A DNA stretch of 55,979 nucleotides from a virus (IMGVR_UViG_3300020385_000019:1-55979); one strand, 5' to 3'. Shown: positions 46,090 to 55,764, numbered from the stretch's first letter. Notes: generated from the letters alone by a model not told the origin. Numbers and translations are program-made.

Positions 46090-46302
46090 CTATGCTGCTG
46101 ATTTGGGTTGATCACTTTCATAAAGAGAAAGGTCAACTTTTAGTGCGCCCTTAGTGATCATTTGCAATTCAAATGCACGACCACGCGGGACACGTCCGTC
46201 ATTCGACCAATGAGTTATTGAGCCCTTGGTTAGTGGCGGCGTAAAAGCTTGAGCTAACTTCGACTTCCCACCAAAATATGAAACTGCGTCACTAGTTTTC
46301 AT
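46090..46302 (-). CDS. cro: Cro-like repressor
   Basis: MKTSDAVSYFGGKSKLAQA...W...VPRGRAFELQMITKGALK; divergent from cI. Confidence 0.88.
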   Translation of the reverse strand: MKTSDAVSYFGGKSKLAQAFTPPLTKGSITHWSNDGRVPRGRAFELQMITKGALKVDLSLYESDQPKSAA

Positions 46303-46329
46303 GTGATCCTCCTAATTAATTTAACTGGG

Positions 46330-46403
46330 AGTATAGTTTTATGAACCCTGCGGAGTCAAGACAAATGAACCATTTAAATAGTAAGATATTTAGATAACTA
46401 TAC
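46330..46403. promoter_or_regulatory. OR operators and pR
   Basis: 16-bp sites at 46331, 46355, 46388 resemble the OL sites; minus-strand TTGACT-18-TATACT. Confidence 0.75.
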
Positions 46404-46418
46404 TTTTAGGTTGTAAAT

Positions 46419-47060
46419 ATGACATTTCAAGATCGCTTAAGTGAGCAGATGGCCGCTGCTGACATAAAGGCAGTTGAGATAGCAAGGAAGCTAAAAATAT
46501 CTAAAGGAACAGTTAGCCAGTGGTGTACTGGGCTAAACAAGCCACGTGGCGAGAATGCAGTTAAATTGGCTAAAGCTTTAAGATGTAACGTCTCATGGCT
46601 TATGGAAGGCAAGGGGTCACCTAATAAAAATGTAGAATTAGAGCTAGGCCCCGACTTAAGAGGTCAAGCGCCTTTAATTTCATGGGTGCAAGCAGGTAAA
46701 TGGAAAGAAATAGATATGGAAAGCTTGCACCAAGCAGATACTACGTTTTATCAGCATACCGCCAACGTGAGTGATGAAGCGTTTGCCTTGCGCGTAAAGG
46801 GTGACAGCATGACCAGTCTAACAGGGGGTAAATCCATTCCTGAAGGATCTGTGATAATAGTTGATCCAAATATGCAGGCCGAGCACAGTAAAGTGGTTGT
46901 GGCCATGCTAGACGACAGTGAAGAAGCCACACTAAAGCAGCTTGTTATAGATGGCGGAGCAAAGTATTTAAAACCATTTAATAACAGCTACCCCACTATG
47001 CCAATTAACGGTAACTGCACTATCATTGGCGTAGTTAAACAGGTGATACAGGATTTTTAA
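46419..47060 (+). CDS. cI: CI repressor (HTH plus S24 autopeptidase)
   Basis: HTH; VQAG cleavage site, VKGDSM serine, ATLKQL lysine. Confidence 0.93.
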   Translation: MTFQDRLSEQMAAADIKAVEIARKLKISKGTVSQWCTGLNKPRGENAVKLAKALRCNVSWLMEGKGSPNKNVELELGPDLRGQAPLISWVQAGKWKEIDMESLHQADTTFYQHTANVSDEAFALRVKGDSMTSLTGGKSIPEGSVIIVDPNMQAEHSKVVVAMLDDSEEATLKQLVIDGGAKYLKPFNNSYPTMPINGNCTIIGVVKQVIQDF

Positions 47061-47077
47061 TATAAGGATATCTAGTA

Positions 47078-47461
47078 ATGTTTAGTTTTTTCAAAAAGAA
47101 AGAAAACTCAAACCGCACAGCTTTCTGCCAAAAGTTCGATAGAGCTGTCAAGGAACTTCACGCTGCTGATCATAATATACAAGTAGCTGTTGGCTCGGCC
47201 ATAAACATGGCAGACGCTATTTTTCAGAAATCGTATGAAACACCTCAAAACTTTCGGAATGCAGCAAGCTCAGAACAGCTCGCATACATTGACAAGCTTA
47301 CGGTGGTTGAGGATGAGTTGCGCAATAAGCAAGGGGATCACTATGCGGCTCTTGGTTTTAGTTTGTACAAAATGTGGCTTGGGGTTATAGCTTCCAAAGA
47401 CAAAGAACTGTTTGATAGGTTTTACTCTGAGATTGCATATTTTAGCAATAAAGGGGTTTAA
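47078..47461 (+). CDS. Hypothetical protein downstream of cI (rex-like position)
   Basis: AAGGA RBS, 17 nt after cI. Confidence 0.6.
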   Translation: MFSFFKKKENSNRTAFCQKFDRAVKELHAADHNIQVAVGSAINMADAIFQKSYETPQNFRNAASSEQLAYIDKLTVVEDELRNKQGDHYAALGFSLYKMWLGVIASKDKELFDRFYSEIAYFSNKGV

Positions 47462-47552
47462 TTTTATAAAATTTGGGAACAAGTTAAACTGCTAATTGTT
47501 CCCAGTACACTCTAAGCGCCGGTAACCCTTATCTGGGTTGCGAAAATATTAG

Positions 47553-47981
47553 TTAATAACAATTTCCTAGTGAGTCACAAATAACCGTTTTAATCTTTCC
47601 TGTATCCGCATTGTAAGAGTCATGTGTTGTGTTGCCTGAAGAATCGGTAAAGCTATTCCAAGTGCTACCATTACTGCTAGACCCAAATGTCTGGCTACTA
47701 CCACCTAAATCGTAAGTACTCGAGTTCCAGTAAGCACCCTTGCTACTAGATCCAAATGTTTGGCTTGTATTGCCGCTTCTAAACGTGTTACTCCCCCACA
47801 CTGTGCCTGTATTGCTATTGTATCCACTTGTAACTGATGATGTTCCATAATCGGACGTAGAATAACTATTGCCACTATCATAGTCATAGCAGTAAGTTGT
47901 ATCGCCCACAGTTGTACATTGAGCGGAAACCGCAGCTGTAAACGCTATCGATGCCACTAAGGTTAACGATTTTAAAAACAT
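47553..47981 (-). CDS. Secreted Ser/Gly/Thr/Asn-rich protein (start MFLKS)
   Basis: Signal peptide ..VSA; repeated TSG/TFG...G..W.S units; terminal cysteines. Confidence 0.65.
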   Translation of the reverse strand: MFLKSLTLVASIAFTAAVSAQCTTVGDTTYCYDYDSGNSYSTSDYGTSSVTSGYNSNTGTVWGSNTFRSGNTSQTFGSSSKGAYWNSSTYDLGGSSQTFGSSSNGSTWNSFTDSSGNTTHDSYNADTGKIKTVICDSLGNCY

Positions 47982-48094
47982 AATTGCATCCCTTTTCTGA
48001 TTTATTTCCAATCTAAATAATAAACGCTACAGAATATATATCAAGCTGAAACAGGCGCAACTAGAGCTTTTGTCATTTTAAATCAAAATAAAAA

Positions 48095-48170
48095 GTTTAG
48101 TTTTATGAACTTTTTATTTGACAACTTAGTTTAGTTGTATAAACTAAATTCAAAGTTTAGAAAAACGAAC
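48095..48170 (+). promoter_or_regulatory. OL operators and pL
   Basis: GTTTAGTTTTATGAAC (48095), GTTTAGTTGTATAAAC (48129), GTTTAGAAAAACGAAC (48155); TTGACA at 48118. Confidence 0.8.
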
Positions 48171-48185
48171 CTTGAGGTTTTAAAA

Positions 48186-48482
48186 ATGACTATCAACACT
48201 AAAACACACCCAGCGGTCACGCTAGAAATAAAAGGGCTAGTTGCAGCACTGGCTATTGAATCATTCAACTTTCGCGAGAATGTTGCGGTAAACGTAGTCA
48301 CCAACGCGCAAGAGCCGTTTATTAACGTGTATGTGTATATCAATGGCGTATCAGCTGAATCATTCATGATCACGCTAACTGACGATGACGCAGAAGCGCA
48401 ACTTAAACACACACTCGATCAAGTTCTTCACTACAAAAAGCAAGACAAGCTTTTTGGCCAAAATATCAAGTTAGCGAGCTAA
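48186..48482 (+). CDS. Hypothetical early protein (start MTINTK)
   Basis: GAGG RBS; first gene after pL. Confidence 0.6.
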   Translation: MTINTKTHPAVTLEIKGLVAALAIESFNFRENVAVNVVTNAQEPFINVYVYINGVSAESFMITLTDDDAEAQLKHTLDQVLHYKKQDKLFGQNIKLAS

Positions 48483-48486
48483 GACG

Positions 48487-49413
48487 ATGGATATTAAAAA
48501 AATTCAACGCTTATTAGCCGACCCATTTGAAGCGCATGACATTGAATGGCGCGTTCAACAAAGCGGCGTATCTGGCTCAAGCAAGCCGTGGGCAATGGTT
48601 ATTCCTTACATTACTAACCGCGCTATTCAGCAACGACTAGATGATGTGGTGGGTATTGATGGCTGGAAAAACGAATTTAAAGAAGCAACCAGTGGCAAAG
48701 GTTACCTATGTGGTTTAAGTATTCGCTTTGGCGATAGCTGGGTAACTAAATGGGATGGCTCAGAGTACACGCAAGTAGAAGCGTTAAAAGGCGCGCTATC
48801 TGGTGCCATGAAACGCACAGCAGTGCAATTTGGCATTGGTCGTTACTTGTATTCACTTGATACTGAATTTGCAACATGCAACCCAGTTGAGAGCCGCTTT
48901 AAAGCTAATGGTGAGTTTATCAGCATACCACTTAATAAAAGCAACAAAGGTGGTCCGCGCATGAACGCAGAATGGTTCCCGCCCACTTTACCTGATTGGG
49001 CCTTACCCTCTGCCAAGTTTGATAGCTACCTAACCGCCATTGAACAAGCTTCAAGCTTAGAAGCACTGCGCGAGCATTACGAGCAAGCTTATAAGTTTGC
49101 AATGGCTGTTAACCGCATTGATATACGTGATAAAGCCATTGAAATAAAAGACCACAAAAAAGCAGAACTTGAAGCAAAAGCGCAAGAAAACACCCTAGCG
49201 GCTAATCAAAAGTTTATTACCTGGTTAAACACGGCCATTAAAGACCGCATAACCACCGCTGAAAACGAATCAGTATTAAACATGAACCATAAGCACTTAT
49301 TGCAAGAGCTTAAAGGTCATTGTCGAGCCAACAAAGTAGACAGCAGTAACTTTGTAGCTCAAGTAAACAAAGCGCATACAGAGGCGCTTAACAACCTAAG
49401 AAACGGAGTATAA
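48487..49413 (+). CDS. Rad52/Sak-family single-strand annealing protein
   Basis: PF...IEWRVQ, YITNRAIQQRLDDVVG..GW, KWDG, KGALSGAMKRTAVQFGIGRYLY. Confidence 0.88.
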   Translation: MDIKKIQRLLADPFEAHDIEWRVQQSGVSGSSKPWAMVIPYITNRAIQQRLDDVVGIDGWKNEFKEATSGKGYLCGLSIRFGDSWVTKWDGSEYTQVEALKGALSGAMKRTAVQFGIGRYLYSLDTEFATCNPVESRFKANGEFISIPLNKSNKGGPRMNAEWFPPTLPDWALPSAKFDSYLTAIEQASSLEALREHYEQAYKFAMAVNRIDIRDKAIEIKDHKKAELEAKAQENTLAANQKFITWLNTAIKDRITTAENESVLNMNHKHLLQELKGHCRANKVDSSNFVAQVNKAHTEALNNLRNGV

Positions 49414-49417
49414 GAGC

Positions 49418-50668
49418 ATGACTACTAATCAAAACACAGCCACCAACTTGGTAGAAGTTGTTTACCAAGAAGATTTAACCAAGCAAGGGCTTGCTAATTT
49501 ACGCAAGCAATACCCTAAGTCGTTTTCACTTGATATGGCAAAAGACGACGAGTTTAAGCAAGGCCGTAAAATTCGCACCGAACGAAACAAGCTGGTTAAA
49601 TCTATTAACGATCGCCGCATTGGATTTACTAACGAGCTTAAAGCCTACGGTGATGAATTAATTTCAAAAGTAGATGTAATTTACGATCCAATCATTAGCG
49701 CATTTGAAATAGAAGATAAACGCCGCAAAGAAGAAGCCGCACGCATAGCTAAAGAACGTGAAGAGTTTTTGAGTAAGCAGCGCGATGAAATTGCACAAAT
49801 GGGGTACTTTACCGAGCAATGTAAAGGCCAAAACTCACAGTTTATTGCTGACACAATTGAAGCAGTAGACCTGGTAGATACAGAAGCGTTTGACAAAGAG
49901 CTCATACACGAAGCTATCGACACCAAGAAAAACATTCTTGAAGCGCTTAACAACATGTACCAAGCAGCAAAAGCCGCCGAAGCGGTAGAGGCAGAGCGCG
50001 AACAATTACGCATCCAGCAAGAAGCCATTGCACAGCAAGAACGCCTACAAAAACAAGCGCAAGAAATCGAACAGCGCATTAATAATCTGCGCAATGATCC
50101 AATGAACTACTTTGGCAAATCGAGCCAAGAGGTTATGGCGCGCATTCAACAGCTTGAAAACTTTACACCAAGCGAAGAAAAGTTTGGTGATCGCACCAAC
50201 GAAGTAACGCAAGTGCTAGCACAAGTTATCCAGCAATTAACCATGATGCACACGCAGCAATCACAAGTTGAGCAAGCGCAGCAAGCAGCTAATCAAGCAC
50301 AAGCGCAACAAATAGAGCAATTGCAAGCCGACTTAAACACACAGCGCAACGCAGAGCATCAAGCTATTGAAGTTGAGCAAGCACCGGTTGAGCAACAAGA
50401 GCATGAAGCGCTAACCGAAGTAAATCGCATGCTAGACCAAGACGAACCGTTACTTGGTAGCAACTTTAAATCGCCAGTGTTTGAAAGCACAAACGCGCCT
50501 ACAGATTACACGCCGCTGGATATATGGCCGAGCAGCCAGGACCGCGCAGAAAATGACGAGCTAGACCGTGTTTGTAACCAGCTATGCGTAGCTGAATGTC
50601 ATATCGCAGATCAGAACGTTCTTATAAAAGATTTAGAGCAGCGACTAAACAAAGCGCTAGCAGCATAA
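49418..50668 (+). CDS. Coiled-coil hypothetical protein
   Basis: 416 aa, Q/E/A-rich. Confidence 0.65.
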   Translation: MTTNQNTATNLVEVVYQEDLTKQGLANLRKQYPKSFSLDMAKDDEFKQGRKIRTERNKLVKSINDRRIGFTNELKAYGDELISKVDVIYDPIISAFEIEDKRRKEEAARIAKEREEFLSKQRDEIAQMGYFTEQCKGQNSQFIADTIEAVDLVDTEAFDKELIHEAIDTKKNILEALNNMYQAAKAAEAVEAEREQLRIQQEAIAQQERLQKQAQEIEQRINNLRNDPMNYFGKSSQEVMARIQQLENFTPSEEKFGDRTNEVTQVLAQVIQQLTMMHTQQSQVEQAQQAANQAQAQQIEQLQADLNTQRNAEHQAIEVEQAPVEQQEHEALTEVNRMLDQDEPLLGSNFKSPVFESTNAPTDYTPLDIWPSSQDRAENDELDRVCNQLCVAECHIADQNVLIKDLEQRLNKALAA

Positions 50669-50719
50669 GTTTCCAACTCCAACCGAGCCAAGCGCCTACG
50701 GGCGCAGCTCTTTACAAAG

Positions 50720-50965
50720 GTGAACAGTATGTCTTTACGTATTCCACAACTGCGCATGGTTGAGCACTTAAACCGCGAAGATATAAACGTAGGTGAAGCA
50801 ACAATAGTAGCAACAAAGAAAGGTGGCTTGTCAGGTTGGGCATTGCCTGGGGGCAAATTCACTACACAGCTAACAATAGCAACAAAAGCCTGTAGAGAAG
50901 TTGCAAATCTAATTAAACAAAACGGTGGCCTATCTATACCTCCGAAACGCAGCCAGGCAGCTTAA
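50720..50965 (+). CDS. Hypothetical protein (DUF1317-like GWALPGG motif)
   Basis: GWALPGG motif. Confidence 0.55.
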   Translation: MNSMSLRIPQLRMVEHLNREDINVGEATIVATKKGGLSGWALPGGKFTTQLTIATKACREVANLIKQNGGLSIPPKRSQAA

Positions 50966-51118
50966 TTATGCACGATTACATGGCAATCAAAGGAAACAGC
51001 TCAAGCGCTTTAGAAAAGCAAAAGCGCAGAGATTTTTTAAAGATGGTAGCAGTAAATACAGTACGCGTTTTAGTGCTAGCCGCCATCATTTTTTTAACGA
51101 CCAAGCAAGGAGTAAGTA

Positions 51119-51856
51119 ATGGCTAACGATCTAAATCAAGCTAACTTTATCGGTAGATTAGGTAAAGACCCTGAAATTCGCTACACCCAATCAGGGCAAG
51201 CAGCGGCATCATTTTCTATTGCTGTTGGTAGCAAATGGAAAGATAAAAACACAGGTCAGCAAAAGGAAAATACCGAATGGGTAAATCTTGTTGCGTTCGG
51301 TAAGCTAGCCGAAATAATGGGCGAATACCTGCGCAAAGGCTCACAGATTTTTGTTACAGCAAAATTCAGAACCAGAAAATGGCAAGACCAAAGCGGCGCA
51401 GATCGTTATACGTCAGAGTTTGTAGTAGAAAATATGCAAATGCTCGATTCGCGGCAAGATAATCAACATCAGGGCAACCAAGGTAATAATAATTACCAAG
51501 GCCAACAAAACAACCACGCACAAGGCAGTAACCAAGGCCAACAAAACAACCACGCACAAGGCAATAACCAAGGACAAGCGCAGGGTAATAATTCTTACGG
51601 TAATGGTAATAATAATCACCAAGGCAATAGCCAAGCGCAGCGCCAAGGTAGCGGGCAAGCTCAGCGCCAAAATAACCAAGGCCAACAGCAAGGAGGTCAA
51701 GCGCAGCAAGGCGTATCAAATAGCCAATACATGAGCGGCGGGCAACAGCAAGGCACAGCAGGTAACCCAATGGGCCCGAATGACAATTTTGAAATGGATG
51801 ATATTCCGTTCGCGCCAATCGGCTTGCAATACCCAGCACTCTTAATGTGCATGTAA
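51119..51856 (+). CDS. ssb: Single-stranded DNA-binding protein
   Basis: IGRLGKDPEIRY, TEW, YLRKGSQI, RTRKWQD; Q/N/G linker; DDIPF. Confidence 0.93.
   Translation: MANDLNQANFIGRLGKDPEIRYTQSGQAAASFSIAVGSKWKDKNTGQQKENTEWVNLVAFGKLAEIMGEYLRKGSQIFVTAKFRTRKWQDQSGADRYTSEFVVENMQMLDSRQDNQHQGNQGNNNYQGQQNNHAQGSNQGQQNNHAQGNNQGQAQGNNSYGNGNNNHQGNSQAQRQGSGQAQRQNNQGQQQGGQAQQGVSNSQYMSGGQQQGTAGNPMGPNDNFEMDDIPFAPIGLQYPALLMCM
51495..51573 (+). repeat. 36-bp tandem duplication in the SSB linker
   Basis: ACCAAGGCCAACAAAACAACCACGCACAAGGCA(G/A)TA twice. Confidence 0.85.
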
Positions 51857-51866
51857 GGAGCGCCCC

Positions 51867-52499
51867 ATGTTTGAACAATTTAACGGCCAAAAATTTAACC
51901 TGATATACGCAGATCCTGCTTGGCAATTCAGCAATAAAAAGACCGGCGGCAGTATGAAAAGCGGTGCAGCACATCACTACAAATCAACAATGAGCGTAGA
52001 CGAGCTAAAAGCGATGCCTATTGATGATATTGCCGCTGACGATTGCATATTGGTTATGTGGTACGTGGGTTCAATGCCACAAGAAGCCTTAGACGTTGTT
52101 AAAGCATGGGGCTTCACCCTTAAAAATATGAATGGTTTTGTTTGGAACAAGCTAACTGTAAACAACAACCCGCTGTTCGGCATGGGATTTTGGACCCGCG
52201 CCGGTAGCGAGTCGGCCATTATTGCCATCAAGGGCAAACCAAAAGTTGCAAGCCGTTCAGTGCGTGCGGTTGGATTTTACGAGCCGGAAAGTTTAGATGA
52301 AATTTTAAAGCACACCATTTTTAGCGGCACTTTTAAAATAGGCCAACACAGCGAAAAGCCTAACGAGTTTAGAGAAGCCTGCGTTGAATTAGCCGGTGAC
52401 GTACCGCGCATCGAGTTATTTTCACGTAAGCGCACAAAAGGCTGGGCTGTTTGGGGTAATGAAGTAGGTAAGTTAAACAAAAAGGCGACAGCAGCATGA
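51867..52499 (+). CDS. MT-A70-family N6-adenine methyltransferase
   Basis: IYADPAW, WGF, FVWNK, GMGFWTR..SE, HSEKP, IELFSR..GW..WGNE. Confidence 0.85.
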   Translation: MFEQFNGQKFNLIYADPAWQFSNKKTGGSMKSGAAHHYKSTMSVDELKAMPIDDIAADDCILVMWYVGSMPQEALDVVKAWGFTLKNMNGFVWNKLTVNNNPLFGMGFWTRAGSESAIIAIKGKPKVASRSVRAVGFYEPESLDEILKHTIFSGTFKIGQHSEKPNEFREACVELAGDVPRIELFSRKRTKGWAVWGNEVGKLNKKATAA

Positions 52500-52732
52500 G
52501 TGCAGCAAGAGAGATTGCAGCTAACGCTGTAGATAACATTGAAGAACTGCTAACAGATATGTTCGATGGAGATTATGCCGACAATGAAGTCTCTTTAGGT
52601 GTTCTTCTAAGCGGAAAAGAAGAGATTCAAGTTCAACTTAAAGTGACACGAAGCCCAGCTGAGTTTATTGACACAGATTACTCAAATTGGGATGAAAGCG
52701 TCAAGCGAATTGACGTTAAGGCGGGAGGGTAA
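52496..52732 (+). CDS. Hypothetical acidic protein
   Basis: ATGA coupling to the methylase. Confidence 0.55.
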   Translation: MSAAREIAANAVDNIEELLTDMFDGDYADNEVSLGVLLSGKEEIQVQLKVTRSPAEFIDTDYSNWDESVKRIDVKAGG

Positions 52733-52734
52733 CC

Positions 52735-53151
52735 ATGGCTACAGGAAAGGTAAAAACGGGCGATGTATTCAACAATTGGACCGTTTTAAGTGAGAGTGAA
52801 CGGGATAATAAACGAGCTCAGCAATTTTTATGTAAGTGTATTTGTGGAACTCAGCGCGTTGTTAAGAAATATAATCTAGGCAAAATTAAAGGTTGCGGTT
52901 GCGACAGGGCTGCGCCAAAGCCTTATAAAAAAAGGCACTCAAAATCAGCCAATAAAGCAGCATCAGTAAAAACTGTTTTTGAGCCGACGATGCAAACAGG
53001 GCCGCGCATTAAAGGTGAGCGTTTAGAGAAGCCACCAGAAAACAATGCGGCAAGACCTGAATACATCGAGCGCAAAAAAACAAAGCGTGAATTAATAGAG
53101 CTTCGCTTGGAAGAAATGAAGTTAGAAAAAGAGTTAAGTGAAGCATGGTGA
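52735..53151 (+). CDS. Hypothetical protein with a Cys-rich zinc-binding N-terminus
   Basis: GDVFNNWTV...CKCICG...GCGC. Confidence 0.6.
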   Translation: MATGKVKTGDVFNNWTVLSESERDNKRAQQFLCKCICGTQRVVKKYNLGKIKGCGCDRAAPKPYKKRHSKSANKAASVKTVFEPTMQTGPRIKGERLEKPPENNAARPEYIERKKTKRELIELRLEEMKLEKELSEAW

Positions 53152-53249
53152 GTAATGAAACCACAAGTTAAACGCAGAGCGCATAACTGGTATGCGCTTA
53201 AACCTAAAAAGGCGGTAAAGCCTGAGAATAAAGAACATAAGGTGAGCCC

Positions 53250-53666
53250 ATGAATAAAGCAAAAATAAAAGCCCTAGCCCTACAGCATGGCTTTAAATTA
53301 AAAGAGCAAAAAGGCGGTGAAATGGATTTAGACGACAACTTTTATTCATTCGCCTGGGAGCTACTGCAAAGCGGACAGCCAAATGTATCGCATAAAGCGT
53401 ACTTAGCTGACTTGTTAAAAGATGCGGCTGATTGCATCCCCGAAAAAAGCGGCGGTTACCGCGTTAATATTTACGCTAACGATATATGTAAAGACGAACC
53501 ACGCATGCAATGGGACTTTTACAACGGAGTAAAACGCGACGCTTTTGAGGTGGAAATACCAGACACCCGCGAAGATTTTAACAAGCGCCTTAACAACGCC
53601 AAAGGCTGTATGAAGTCTGCGTGTTATAGAGCAATGAACCCTGATTATGCCAAAAAATTAGCATAG
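53250..53666 (+). CDS. Hypothetical protein
   Basis: AAGGTGAG RBS-like; IKALALQHGFKLKEQ N-terminus. Confidence 0.55.
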   Translation: MNKAKIKALALQHGFKLKEQKGGEMDLDDNFYSFAWELLQSGQPNVSHKAYLADLLKDAADCIPEKSGGYRVNIYANDICKDEPRMQWDFYNGVKRDAFEVEIPDTREDFNKRLNNAKGCMKSACYRAMNPDYAKKLA

Positions 53667-53673
53667 GTGATTT

Positions 53674-54126
53674 ATGAAAAAAAATTCTATAGCCATTAGA
53701 AAGCTAAACGAACTGATGAACAGCTACAGATTTAACAAAATAGTCTCAATTGATGGTAATGGTACAGTGAATCTAGAATTTGATAACAAGCTTTGCTCAG
53801 TTGATTGCTATGGGCGCTGCGAATGGGGGCCGTCTAAGGAAATCGATCATATGAAAGATATAGCAAAAAACATCTGTAATATTGCACCTGAATTTAGAGA
53901 TGAATTTATGGACAACGAGCTTGTTAATTCAGCAAAGAAAGCAATGGAAGAAAAATTAAAAGCAGCAAGGAATAAAGGTCGTGGTGGTTGGTGGTCAGAT
54001 GATTGTAAGGCTGAGTCACTAAAAGAAATGCTAAAAGAACATGTTGAAAAAGGTGACATGCGCGATGTGATGAACATTGCTGCAATGATTTACTATCGAG
54101 AATATGCGGGGATAGGTGAACAATGA
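53674..54126 (+). CDS. Hypothetical protein
   Basis: C-terminal MEEKLKAARNKGRGGW...HVEKGD.RDVMN motif seen in phage accessory proteins. Confidence 0.6.
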   Translation: MKKNSIAIRKLNELMNSYRFNKIVSIDGNGTVNLEFDNKLCSVDCYGRCEWGPSKEIDHMKDIAKNICNIAPEFRDEFMDNELVNSAKKAMEEKLKAARNKGRGGWWSDDCKAESLKEMLKEHVEKGDMRDVMNIAAMIYYREYAGIGEQ

Positions 54127-54308
54127 GAAAAACCTACGATCCTGAATTTCACTTTAACCATAAAAAACCTTGGCTAACAACTGAAATTCAATATTTAAAA
54201 GAAATGCGCGGCTATAAATCACTTCAAGACATTAGCTTAGCGCTTGGGCGAACATACAAAACCGTGGCTGATATGGTTTATAGATTAAAAAAGGCAGGTG
54301 ACTTATGA
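54123..54308 (+). CDS. Small HTH/Myb-like DNA-binding protein
   Basis: KPW...E..YL...ISLALGRT..TV. Confidence 0.6.
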   Translation: MRKTYDPEFHFNHKKPWLTTEIQYLKEMRGYKSLQDISLALGRTYKTVADMVYRLKKAGDL

Positions 54309-54508
54309 GTTTACCAACTAGCAAATACTTAGTAACAAAAGATGTAGCCGCCCTATTCGGCGTTAAGCCAAATACTATTTTGGAATGGGAAAAAGAGGGT
54401 AAATTCCCGCCGGCTACAATTGTTGGAAAGCCTAAGCGCTGGGATGCTCAAGTAGTTGATCAGCATTGCCAAGCGCTTAGGGATCAAGCTACCCGCCTTT
54501 CAGCATGA
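54305..54508 (+). CDS. xis: Excisionase (AlpA/MerR-like wHTH)
   Basis: DVAALFGV..NTILEWEKEGKFP...RW; adjacent to the integrase. Confidence 0.8.
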   Translation: MSLPTSKYLVTKDVAALFGVKPNTILEWEKEGKFPPATIVGKPKRWDAQVVDQHCQALRDQATRLSA

Positions 54509-55688
54509 GAACCCAACGGTTAACCCACTCAGTTAAGCCATCAAGCATTGGCGATTTATTGTATATCGCCAATACGCCTTTCATCTTATGCCCTAGCAAC
54601 TTCTCAGTGAATTGCAAAGGGCATCCCGCATCCGTTAAGTGCGTTGATATAGTCCGCCTAAAGTCGTGCATCCTAAACGGTCCAACACCTTCAATCGCTT
54701 CATAACACGATTTAGATATTTGGCTCACGCTTGAGCCGCTAGCGGGATGATCCCCATCACGGTTAGGAAACATATAGCTATACGATGGCGATTGCGCTTT
54801 TATATATTTTAGGTCCTCAATTAACTCGCTTGGTATAGGCCGAACGATAGAATGCAAAGCGCCCTTTGTGTTTTCTCTTTGAGTTGTAAAAAGTTGGTTA
54901 TCTAAATCAAAATCATCTTTTTTAGCTTTGCATAACTCACTTATACGACAACCAAACACCATGGCGCAGCGAAGTATCACTTTGTTTCTATCCGTCATGT
55001 TTATTTCATCTAAATTAGCCCAAATTAACTGGCACTCTTTTAGTGTTAAATAATGCTCACGGGAATCATAATCTGTTGCAAAATCGCTTGGCCTTAACGC
55101 TTCAAATTGCGTGTTGCTAATAAAGCCCTGGCGAATGCAAAACCTAAATACAGATCTGATCTCTATAATGGCATTAAAAGCAAAGCCTTTGCCTCTGCCC
55201 TTCTCAATAGATACATCACCCATCGACTTAAAAAACGCGGTAAAGTGCGTTTTATCCATTAGTGAAATATATTGATTGCCCCACGTATCATTTATACATG
55301 ACACCATACGGCTCTTTATACCTGCAGGATTATCGCGCTTTTTTAGGCAGTAATTTATATACCAATAATCAATGCAATCTCTGATGGTAGGATTTTCTAT
55401 TACCTCCGACTCAACCGCGTTGACGGCCTCCATATTTCGAGGATCTAAGTTTTGATTTACCAGTGCCATTTGCGCCGCACATTCAGTACGTGCTTGTGCA
55501 AGTGTCATTGCTGGATAGGTTCCTAATTTATATCGAACCTGCTTACCATTAATTCGATAGCGTATTTGAAATGAGATCTTACCCTTTGGCGAGATCCTTA
55601 ACGATAGGTTATCGCCGTCCGTTATTTCAGGCTTGCCGGCATACTCTTTACCGTTCAAGCTCTTTAGTTTGGCTGCTGTAATGTTCAT
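54489..55688 (-). CDS. int: Tyrosine integrase, P4-like with arm-binding domain (start MNITAAK)
   Basis: DGDNLSLRISPKG..SF..RY...LGTYP; GCRISE, HDFRR, LLGH, catalytic Y in AIYN. Confidence 0.93.
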   Translation of the reverse strand: MNITAAKLKSLNGKEYAGKPEITDGDNLSLRISPKGKISFQIRYRINGKQVRYKLGTYPAMTLAQARTECAAQMALVNQNLDPRNMEAVNAVESEVIENPTIRDCIDYWYINYCLKKRDNPAGIKSRMVSCINDTWGNQYISLMDKTHFTAFFKSMGDVSIEKGRGKGFAFNAIIEIRSVFRFCIRQGFISNTQFEALRPSDFATDYDSREHYLTLKECQLIWANLDEINMTDRNKVILRCAMVFGCRISELCKAKKDDFDLDNQLFTTQRENTKGALHSIVRPIPSELIEDLKYIKAQSPSYSYMFPNRDGDHPASGSSVSQISKSCYEAIEGVGPFRMHDFRRTISTHLTDAGCPLQFTEKLLGHKMKGVLAIYNKSPMLDGLTEWVNRWVLMLKGG

Positions 55689-55702
55689 TGACTCTCCGAC
55701 TC

Positions 55703-55764
55703 TGAGTACCAAATGTGACCAAAAATAGAGTCACAAATAAAATGGTACACAAGTTAGGACACAA
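55703..55764. promoter_or_regulatory. Putative integrase arm-type sites
   Basis: TGAGTACCAAATGTGACCAAA (inverted copy of the left sites), TGGTACACAA at 55743-55752, GGACACAA. Confidence 0.6.
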
